Source of the DNA: a virus
Lineage: Duplodnaviria; Caudoviricetes
DNA length: 24,790 bases
Virus record (IMG/VR): IMGVR_UViG_3300032332_000233
Span: 1-24,790 of that record
Strand: one strand, 5' to 3'
Shown here: piece after piece, positions 15,087 through 22,041 of the stretch
Numbering within the stretch: position 1 is the stretch's first letter
Layout of the letters: each line of letters starts with the position of its first letter
Notes under the pieces: generated by a model
Told to the model about the DNA's origin: nothing
Seen by the model: the letters and a program-made list of their open reading frames with translations, nothing else
The model's database searches: none
Translations under genes and position numbers: made by a program

Positions 15087-15262
15087 TCCTTTTTCTCGGC
15101 ATCCTTGGCGGCGATCAGGCCTACACCGGCGGTCACTGCGGCAATGGTTGCAGCGAGATCGACGTTGCTGCTGGGATCACCATCGAAGATGGCCTTGAGA
15201 GCCCCACCGACTGCGACGAGGATGGCTCCGATACCGGCGAGAGTTGTCTTGGTGTTTTTCAT
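15083..15262 (-). CDS. Putative holin (two TM segments, 59 aa)
   Basis: Hand translation MKNTKTTLAGIGAILVAVGGALKAIFDGDPSSNVDLAATIAAVTAGVGLIAAKDAEKKE; ATGA-coupled on both sides. Confidence 0.65.
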   Translation of the reverse strand: MKNTKTTLAGIGAILVAVGGALKAIFDGDPSSNVDLAATIAAVTAGVGLIAAKDAEKKE

Positions 15263-15432
15263 TTCTTCAGGGCTTTGTAAAGGGCAACACAGGCCGCAAT
15301 CAAACCAACCACGGCGGAGAGAAAACGGATCTCATCGGTGAGCTGGGGCAGCATAGATGCAGACGTTGCTGCTGCTGCTGTGCCAAGCGACAAGGCTAGT
15401 CCATTCGTTCCGCCGTGGTTGGTTGCGTCCAT
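15259..15432 (-). CDS. Small membrane protein, holin-like (57 aa)
   Basis: Start MDATNHGG (ATG 15432); C-terminal TM FLSAVVGLIAACVALY followed by KALKK. Confidence 0.6.
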   Translation of the reverse strand: MDATNHGGTNGLALSLGTAAAATSASMLPQLTDEIRFLSAVVGLIAACVALYKALKK

Positions 15433-15433
15433 G

Positions 15434-15586
15434 TTACTCGGGTTTGTGTTGCGCGGCTGCGGTTTCGAGGATTTCAACGAGCGGCAGTCCGACCTTCATG
15501 TTTTGGACGTTGCCGGCCTTCATACCAATGACCAGCAGTTCATAGAGTTGGTTGAATTGCTGGGGAGTGAGTTCGATCTTGATCAT
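15434..15586 (-). CDS. Small hypothetical protein (50 aa)
   Basis: Hand translation MIKIELTPQQFNQLYELLVIGMKAGNVQNMKVGLPLVEILETAAAQHKPE; ATGA overlap, fills the gap. Confidence 0.7.
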   Translation of the reverse strand: MIKIELTPQQFNQLYELLVIGMKAGNVQNMKVGLPLVEILETAAAQHKPE

Positions 15587-15966
15587 ACGGTCGGAGTCTC
15601 AACAACGATGGTTGGCTCCGCAACCAAAACCGGCACCTTCTGCTCAATCAACGGAGGAACCCACGGCAGCGGCGGAGCGATGATCGGCGGGTTGATCTGG
15701 TCGTTGATCTGCTGCGTCACGTTCGCTTCAATCGCGGTCTTATCGACTCCATTGGCGTAGCACCAGTCCAACACCTGATGCTCGGTCAGATCCTCGTAAG
15801 GAGTGAACGATCCGCTCGGCGGAGCGAATGAGGTCGATCCGTAGCAAGTTCCGCTGTAGTTATCCTGCGAGCCGTTGCAACGCCAGTCGGCGGTAATCAC
15901 GACATCGGTGAGGGAGCCTTCGGTGGGCTTAACGAGAAGTCGTTCGATGAGCCAGAGGATGGTCAT
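15583..15966 (-). CDS. Fibre-associated conserved protein (127 aa)
   Basis: W.I..L...DVV....W.C.G...FTPYEDLTE.QVL.W...PLPW pattern, commonly found downstream of fibre genes in aquatic phages. Confidence 0.7.
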   Translation of the reverse strand: MTILWLIERLLVKPTEGSLTDVVITADWRCNGSQDNYSGTCYGSTSFAPPSGSFTPYEDLTEHQVLDWCYANGVDKTAIEANVTQQINDQINPPIIAPPLPWVPPLIEQKVPVLVAEPTIVVETPTV

Positions 15967-15970
15967 ATTA

Positions 15971-17164
15971 TTAGGCGTTCTTCAGAGCGTTGACTTCAGC
16001 GGTGAGTTCTTGGATGGCAGCAACCAAGATGGGGACGAGCTTGGACAGATCGACTCCTTGAGTCTTGATTGACCCGTCTTCATTTACCGCATCCTTCTCG
16101 CCGCTGACAGCAAGAGGAACCACTTCGGCCAGTTCGTGGGCCAAGAATCCTTCGCCAGTTGAACCGTCAGACTTCCAGTTGTAGATAGACGGCTTGAGCG
16201 CATTGATGCGAGCTAAACCACCGGAGATGGGTTTCACAGATTCCTTCAGTCGATAGTCGGAAGAAGTGTTGTATGCGGTTGCGACATTGGTAATAGAAAT
16301 AGAACCAACCGTATTACCAAGAGTTGTATGTTTGAAAGTTGCGGCATCTCCAGTATCACGCGCAGAATCAAGTCTTCCTAAATAAACAACACCACCACCA
16401 GCTGTTGCGGCAGTGCTCGTCTTACCCACCAGCAAATTCCCACCATTCGGCTGTAGAGCGAGGTTGTAGTTGGTTGCGAGATTTGTGCGATCAAGAGCTT
16501 GAATCCACGAGTACGAACCAGCCGTACCCATGTCCATTGCTCCAGCCGTAGAAGTAGCTCCGACACGGAACGAACCGGAAGTCTGAGTGGTTCCGCTTGT
16601 AGCAGGTGCGCCATCGGTCGTCACGAACGACGACAGTTTAAGTCCATTCGCAGGAACCGTCCCCACGCCCAGCCCCGTAGAGTTCAGGGTCATTCGAGTG
16701 CCGCCTGCGCCGTCGAGGAAATCAAATGTTGAATCCGCATTGATTCGGAACGATGGGGTTGCTGCCATCGTAGTTCCACCAGCAGCAGTCGATTGAGTAA
16801 ACTCAAATCCACCGGCAGTGTTCCAGCTCGATGCCAAAAACCAGTTTTTGTAAACGCTGCTTGTTACATAACCAATTCGCCCTGAACGGGCAGCAGAAGC
16901 GGTATCAGGTCCAATGAGGATGGTACAATCAGCAGCAGCTTGATTGGACAGTTTTACCTGAGTACCTTGAGTCGTCAGATTGCCGGTGATGGTGGCGCTG
17001 GCGAGGGTGGCGGATGGCGAACAAGCGAGGATGTTGTTGATCGAGATGCGCTTGGTATTCCCTGACGCTGGTGGCGTATCTGACACGTCCACAATGGGAA
17101 TCATGTCGTTTGCGGGATCGGCGGCGGTCAACGCCGTTAATGCTGTAATCTTTGAGTCTGCCAT
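15971..17164 (-). CDS. Fibre/spike protein with a C-terminal peptidase S74 intramolecular chaperone (397 aa)
   Basis: YNTSSDYRLKE cleavage motif, GFLAHEL, and C-terminal coiled coil LVAAIQELTAEVNALK; G/T/S-rich body; N-terminal MADSKITAL. Confidence 0.88.
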   Translation of the reverse strand: MADSKITALTALTAADPANDMIPIVDVSDTPPASGNTKRISINNILACSPSATLASATITGNLTTQGTQVKLSNQAAADCTILIGPDTASAARSGRIGYVTSSVYKNWFLASSWNTAGGFEFTQSTAAGGTTMAATPSFRINADSTFDFLDGAGGTRMTLNSTGLGVGTVPANGLKLSSFVTTDGAPATSGTTQTSGSFRVGATSTAGAMDMGTAGSYSWIQALDRTNLATNYNLALQPNGGNLLVGKTSTAATAGGGVVYLGRLDSARDTGDAATFKHTTLGNTVGSISITNVATAYNTSSDYRLKESVKPISGGLARINALKPSIYNWKSDGSTGEGFLAHELAEVVPLAVSGEKDAVNEDGSIKTQGVDLSKLVPILVAAIQELTAEVNALKNA

Positions 17165-17165
17165 A

Positions 17166-17399
17166 TCAGTAAACGGTTAGAATGAATTTTCCGAGGTCTT
17201 CTTGTAAAAGGAAACTGGTCCCGTCCTCCAGCACTATGCTGTCGAAGGTTCCAAATGAAATGACGAGCTTGCTCACACCATCCTCTTGAAGAAGGAAGGT
17301 CTCGTCCTCTTGCAGAACATCCCTCCGCATGATCGGAGGCTCGGGCATAATCTGGCTTACAGATCGTGTCCTGTTGATTGATGTTCCGAGTGAAATCAT
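17166..17399 (-). CDS. Small structural adaptor with duplicated LxED(G) motifs (77 aa)
   Basis: VLQEDETFLLQEDGVSKLVI and IVLEDGTSFLLQEDLGKFIL; packed in the operon with 0-1 bp gaps. Confidence 0.7.
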   Translation of the reverse strand: MISLGTSINRTRSVSQIMPEPPIMRRDVLQEDETFLLQEDGVSKLVISFGTFDSIVLEDGTSFLLQEDLGKFILTVY

Positions 17400-17660
17400 T
17401 TAGGCGCGAGCGTTAAACGCCAGTACAGAGCCGCTGGAGATCTGGAAGCCGGTGATGTTGCCCACCAGCGGGGTTCCAGCGGGAATCGTCTTGGAGGTCC
17501 ACGTTCCGGCAATGCGGTGTCCGGTGATCGACGTGAACACCGTCGGCTCAATCGGGATCAAGCCAGACCAAGCGCCGGTCTGCGCTGCGGTAGTGGTGAA
17601 CAGCTCGAAGCCTTCTCGGCCCATGCTGTACTCGGTTGAAATGTCTGCTTGAACGGCCAT
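17400..17660 (-). CDS. Small beta-rich virion protein, possible head-spike base (86 aa)
   Basis: Follows the capsid genes; C-terminal TIPAGTPLVGNITGFQISSGSVLAF jelly-roll-like pattern. Confidence 0.55.
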   Translation of the reverse strand: MAVQADISTEYSMGREGFELFTTTAAQTGAWSGLIPIEPTVFTSITGHRIAGTWTSKTIPAGTPLVGNITGFQISSGSVLAFNARA

Positions 17661-17677
17661 TTTGTTTGATCGGTAGA

Positions 17678-17707
17678 GGGGGCCCCGGCCGTATTACCGA
17701 GGCCCCC
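17678..17707 (-). terminator. GC-rich stem-loop after the capsid genes (terminator or stabiliser; no U-tract)
   Basis: Minus strand GGGGGCCTCGGT-AATACG-GCCGGGGCCCCC, a 12-bp stem with two G-U pairs. Confidence 0.5.
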
Positions 17708-17717
17708 GGGTTGTGTG

Positions 17718-17894
17718 TTATCCTTTGCGAACTTTCGGTGCCAGGGCTCCCTGTATCCACAGGATGAGCTTGCCTCCTTCGGGAACGGTCGCGGTGTTGA
17801 AGCCGTCGCGCTGGAGAGACGCGTCGACTTCGGGACCAGAAACGAGCTTGGTTTTGCCGTTCTTGTCCACCGAGATGGTTGTGGCGATTCTCAT
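17718..17894 (-). CDS. Small hypothetical protein (58 aa)
   Basis: Hand translation MRIATTISVDKNGKTKLVSGPEVDASLQRDGFNTATVPEGGKLILWIQGALAPKVRKG; starts 8 bp after the capsid stop. Confidence 0.7.
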   Translation of the reverse strand: MRIATTISVDKNGKTKLVSGPEVDASLQRDGFNTATVPEGGKLILWIQGALAPKVRKG

Positions 17895-17902
17895 GGGTAA
17901 CC

Positions 17903-20044
17903 TTAAGCGGTAGTCAGAATCTCGGCCTGAGTCGTGTCCGCGGCCGCGGCGCCGAACATGATGTCGTAGGACGCCATGTGGCTGCGGCTCGCGCGGCTGT
18001 ACCAGACGGACAGCAAGCAGCTCAAACCGTTGTTGGTGGTCACCGTGCGCTGCTCGATGAATTCACCGGCGATCATGCCGACTGGCAGGCCGGAGGCGAT
18101 GGCAATGGCATCAGGGCCGCAGACGAAGCCGACCGTGTTAGTCTCGGCCGAGGTCCAACGGTTGTTCTCAGCGATCACATCGAAGCCGAATCGGCCGTTG
18201 TTGAGGGGGCCGTAGCGGCTGTCAGGGAACGCGGCGGTTCCGGCGGCCGCGGTGGTGGTGCCGGAGAACTGGATGCGAGCCAGGTGGCCACCGTCCAGGA
18301 TGAGGTTCTTGCTGCGGTAGTTTTTCGCCAGAGCGAGGATCGCAGGAAGGTCCGAGCTGTCGAAGTTGGCGGCGGAGCCGATGCCGGTAACGGCGCCGTA
18401 GTTACCAGTGACCATGAGCGCGGTCAGCACGTCGCTGATGCCGTAGGCAAACAGATCGGCAGAACCGGCAGCCAGATCGGACAGCATGAAGCCCTGGTTA
18501 AGCTCCTGCTGGGTGACCGTGAAGTTCTTCGAGATCTGGTTCACGGTGACCGCGGTGGCGGCCAGCGTCGAATCGTTGTTGGTTTCCCAGGACGTCGGAT
18601 TGGTCTGGGCAGCGGTTCCGGTGGTGTACTTCTTGACCTGCACGGACGCGCGGGGCCTGAGGTTGTCCAGGCCGACGTTGCGGCTGAAAGCGGAGACCAG
18701 GGCCAAACGAGTGGCGGCCACAGTGATCACTGCATCGGCGAGGTAATCGACAACCAGGCCGGAGGCGAACGTGTTGGCGTTCTGGGGAGCGTGGATGGCG
18801 CTCTGGCGCAACAGCTCGCTGTGGTTGGAGATCAACCAGGAGCGGCGGTCGGCACCGGCCTGCATCTTCTTGTGAGCCTCAAGCAGCGGGTTGCCGAGGT
18901 TCTCGATGCGAACCGGGGCGATGGGCTCCGGAGCCGGGGCGGCGGTGGGGGCCTTGGCGCTGATGGCAGCGGCGACGGCCTTGGCGACGATAGCGTCGAT
19001 GTCGAGGGCGGTCGGCGCACTAGGAGCGGCCGCCACCACGGTGTTGGATTCAGTCATGTTGTGTGGTGTCTGCTGTGATGTCGGCGCGGTTGTCGCGCCA
19101 TCTTCGGAGGCGGAAGTGCCTGCCGTAGAAATCTTGTCCTCGGGCTCGGATAGCTCCTCTTCCTCGTCGATCTGGGCGGCGAGTGCATTGAACCAGTCGC
19201 GGCCGGCGGCGCCTCCCCACAGGTTGGCAGCCACGTCGGCCGGGGTGTTAGGCTCTGCTTCGAGGAATCGGTCATTGCGTGCCCACCAGGCCACGGCCTT
19301 TTTGACCTTCTCGATGCTGGGCTCTTCGCCCTTGGCCAGATTACGGGCGTCGATCACGGTGGCCTCTTCGAGACCATCGCCACCAAGGCCGTCTTCGTAT
19401 TGCTGAATGCCGCGTTCGAGATTGCGGCGAACGGTGGGCGGTGCGGAGCGGGTGACCGCCCGGGGATGCCAGCAGGCAGCCATGGCGGGCAGCTCGGTCA
19501 TGCAGTCAGCAAATCCGAACTGCATGGCCTCCTGGGCGGTGAACCAAGTCTCGGCGCTCATTGCCGCGCGGATTTGAGCGACAGGCTTTCCGGTGCATTT
19601 GGCGTAAATGCCGGCCAGTATCTCGGCATGCTGGTCGAGAGCGTCCGCCATTTTTCGCATATCCTCCGAGGTGCCTGCCACCATTCCGGAGGGGTCGTGA
19701 ATCATGAACAACGAGGCGTCGGCCATCTCAACCGTGTCACCGGCCAGGGCGATGATCGAGGCAATGGATGCGGCAATGCCGACCACCCGGGTGGTCACCT
19801 GGGCATTACGTCCGCGGAGCATGTTGTAGATGGCGAGACCGTCCCAGACGTTGCCGCCGGGGCTGTTGATCTCGACCACCAGAGGGCCGGGCCCGACAGA
19901 CATCAGGGCATCGGAGAACGCCTTGGCGGAGATGCCGGAACCACCGAACCAGTCCTCGCCGATCTGGTCGAAGATTTGGAGCGTGGCCGGCTCCATGGAG
20001 GAGTTTCGCGGCTGGTAGGAAAGCCAGTTGTTTACTTTAGTCAT
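17903..20044 (-). CDS. ClpP-type (S14) prohead protease fused to linker/scaffold and major capsid protein (713 aa)
   Basis: INSPGGNVWDG, GIAASIAS (Ser), MIHDP (His) and ETWFTAQEA...GFAD. An acidic Ala/Pro linker follows, then a ~290-aa capsid-like domain; there is no other capsid candidate downstream of the portal. Confidence 0.85.
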   Translation of the reverse strand: MTKVNNWLSYQPRNSSMEPATLQIFDQIGEDWFGGSGISAKAFSDALMSVGPGPLVVEINSPGGNVWDGLAIYNMLRGRNAQVTTRVVGIAASIASIIALAGDTVEMADASLFMIHDPSGMVAGTSEDMRKMADALDQHAEILAGIYAKCTGKPVAQIRAAMSAETWFTAQEAMQFGFADCMTELPAMAACWHPRAVTRSAPPTVRRNLERGIQQYEDGLGGDGLEEATVIDARNLAKGEEPSIEKVKKAVAWWARNDRFLEAEPNTPADVAANLWGGAAGRDWFNALAAQIDEEEELSEPEDKISTAGTSASEDGATTAPTSQQTPHNMTESNTVVAAAPSAPTALDIDAIVAKAVAAAISAKAPTAAPAPEPIAPVRIENLGNPLLEAHKKMQAGADRRSWLISNHSELLRQSAIHAPQNANTFASGLVVDYLADAVITVAATRLALVSAFSRNVGLDNLRPRASVQVKKYTTGTAAQTNPTSWETNNDSTLAATAVTVNQISKNFTVTQQELNQGFMLSDLAAGSADLFAYGISDVLTALMVTGNYGAVTGIGSAANFDSSDLPAILALAKNYRSKNLILDGGHLARIQFSGTTTAAAGTAAFPDSRYGPLNNGRFGFDVIAENNRWTSAETNTVGFVCGPDAIAIASGLPVGMIAGEFIEQRTVTTNNGLSCLLSVWYSRASRSHMASYDIMFGAAAADTTQAEILTTA

Positions 20045-21582
20045 TCGGTTTTCTTGGCCCTAGGTTTGCGTTTCTTCGGGCCTGCCACGGCGACAACCTC
20101 TTGGATGGGCTCGGCCGGGATTTGTTCAGGCATAGTGCCCGACGGGTTTTCCTGCATGGTCATGTCGGCTGGCTCCGGGGCGATGGGCTGCTTCTGGGCG
20201 GTCGAGATTTGCGAGACGTCGATGCCGTACTTTCCGGCGAGGTCTTGAATGTATTTGGCCTGTTGTGCCTTCGACTCCAAGGCGGAGCGCCAGTCGATAC
20301 CGCGGGCGCCATAGATCTCGTCAAAGGTGGTTACACCGGCTTCGAGCTCGGCCAGTTGGGCCGCGGAATTACGGCCGACGTCGACGTTGGGAGCCCGGGG
20401 CGCCTGGATGGCGACTTCATACCAGTCGTCGGGAGAGTCGCGCAGGCTGGGATCCATCCGGATGGCGTACTCCATGACGTGTTCCCAGATACGGCGGGCG
20501 GCCGATGCCATCACCTGGTGACGGCTCCGGAACCACACCGACGACATATCGAGGGCGCCGCGGTAGACGGTGCCCTGCATTCCCTCGGGGAAAACCAGGA
20601 TGTAAGGGATGCCGACGCCGGCGCACACCTTCTCGGTCAGGTTGCGCCAGTATTCGCGCATGTTGACGTTGGGGCGGTCGGCTTGGAATTGCTCGAATTC
20701 GTCGCCGGACTTCAGCACCTTCACCGAGGAACCGAACACGTTCTCGTAGTAGTTCTGGGCAGTGCCTTGAGAACCGGCCACACCTGAGCGCAGGCTGGTG
20801 GCCTGAACTTCCCCGGAGCTGGTCTTAATCACCTGGGCCACACTGGAGGCCAGTTTACAGGATTCCATCTCCAGCTTTTGGAGATCGTCCAGGTCGTGAA
20901 GGTCGTTGATTACGCACGCTACGAACGGAAGACCGCGGAGCTGGCCGGCACGTTGGGCCTCGTAGATGTGGATGATCGAGTCGGATGAGATCGAGCGAAT
21001 GTCGGCGAGCTGTCCCTGTTGCTGCTCCTGGCCGACGAAGTAGCTGAGAGCTCGACCGGTGCGAGTATCGAACCGCACACCGTCGAAGATGTCCGGTTGA
21101 TTCTCCTGCCCGGTAGGGGTGGAAACCTGCTGCGGCTCGATGAGCTGCAGGCGGGGCCGGCCGGTTTCGCCCTTAGTGAGCAGGATGAAAGATTCGCCGT
21201 CGTAGAACCAGCCGCGGGCGGCCAGCGACATCAGGGTGCCGAAAGACTGCCGTGATCCGATGTCCGGATATCTGCACCAGATATCCCACCATTTCTTTGC
21301 CTTGAGATTCCACTCGGGATCGGAGCTGGCCGGCTGCACGCTGAAGTTGCTGCCGACCGTGTAGTTCTCGAACAGGTCACCCAGGCGGTTCATGACCGCG
21401 TTGTTCTGCTCGAAGAACCGGGACTTTCGGACGATCTGCTGCCGGGTGGAGCTGGTGACATCGAACCGCACCGAGGTGTACGACGTGTCGAGGAAGGATC
21501 GGCGAATCGAGTTCGAGGCGCCCTCATAACGGTCGACGGGTGCCGAACGGAACTTAGCCAGGATGGTGTCAAGGAAACCCAT
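20041..21582 (-). CDS. Lambda-family portal protein (513 aa)
   Basis: YEGAS, DGESFI, RLQLIE, DGVRFD..GR...Y, RAGQLRGLP, GVGIPY and YGARGIDW motifs. Confidence 0.92.
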   Translation of the reverse strand: MGFLDTILAKFRSAPVDRYEGASNSIRRSFLDTSYTSVRFDVTSSTRQQIVRKSRFFEQNNAVMNRLGDLFENYTVGSNFSVQPASSDPEWNLKAKKWWDIWCRYPDIGSRQSFGTLMSLAARGWFYDGESFILLTKGETGRPRLQLIEPQQVSTPTGQENQPDIFDGVRFDTRTGRALSYFVGQEQQQGQLADIRSISSDSIIHIYEAQRAGQLRGLPFVACVINDLHDLDDLQKLEMESCKLASSVAQVIKTSSGEVQATSLRSGVAGSQGTAQNYYENVFGSSVKVLKSGDEFEQFQADRPNVNMREYWRNLTEKVCAGVGIPYILVFPEGMQGTVYRGALDMSSVWFRSRHQVMASAARRIWEHVMEYAIRMDPSLRDSPDDWYEVAIQAPRAPNVDVGRNSAAQLAELEAGVTTFDEIYGARGIDWRSALESKAQQAKYIQDLAGKYGIDVSQISTAQKQPIAPEPADMTMQENPSGTMPEQIPAEPIQEVVAVAGPKKRKPRAKKTE

Positions 21583-21989
21583 TAGGACATCCCCACCCGG
21601 TAGCTCGCCTCTCGGCGAAAGTTCGAGAAGTCGCCGCCGTAAGACGTGGCAGCCACAAGCACCACGGCCATCATCTTGTTGTAAATCTGAGCATCGGTGG
21701 GGCTGGCCACGCCTTCCTGATTGAGATAGTAAACGGCCAGGTCGTAGTCATTGAGTAGGCTTTCCCACATCTCGACCATTTCTGACGGGGTCGGAGCGCC
21801 TTTGCCTGGCTCGGCAAACTCGACAGAAACATCCGACGATGAAGTCGACCGGACAACCTGGCCGGATTCAATCACCGACGAGGCCGCCACGGACTTGGCC
21901 GACAAGGCAGCCAATAGGGTCACGCCACCGAGCGTCGAGTAGACAGCCCGGAGGTAGCTCCTTTTGATGGCCACCGTGAATGTGAACAT
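21582..21989 (-). CDS. Hypothetical protein at the gpW (head completion) position (135 aa)
   Basis: Lies between terminase and portal, with a TAATG overlap with the portal; function from synteny only. Confidence 0.55.
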   Translation of the reverse strand: MFTFTVAIKRSYLRAVYSTLGGVTLLAALSAKSVAASSVIESGQVVRSTSSSDVSVEFAEPGKGAPTPSEMVEMWESLLNDYDLAVYYLNQEGVASPTDAQIYNKMMAVVLVAATSYGGDFSNFRREASYRVGMS

Positions 21990-22041
21990 TCCGGCGGAGA
22001 CCCTGCAGGTGTTTGGCCTGCCTTCAACCAGTTAGTAAAAG

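Noticed and set aside
15971-17164. Diversity-generating retroelement targeting the fibre
   Set aside because: No reverse transcriptase and no TR/VR repeat pair seen; the fibre ends in an S74 chaperone.
17879-19078. 399-aa plus-strand ORF antisense to the capsid region
   Set aside because: Shadow ORF expected from biased codon usage on the opposite strand; no recognisable motifs.
21990-22041. Short hairpin GCAGG/CCTGC (22005-22021) and TTGAAG as a late promoter or terminator
   Set aside because: Only a 5-bp stem and no convincing -10 element or U-tract; too weak to call.
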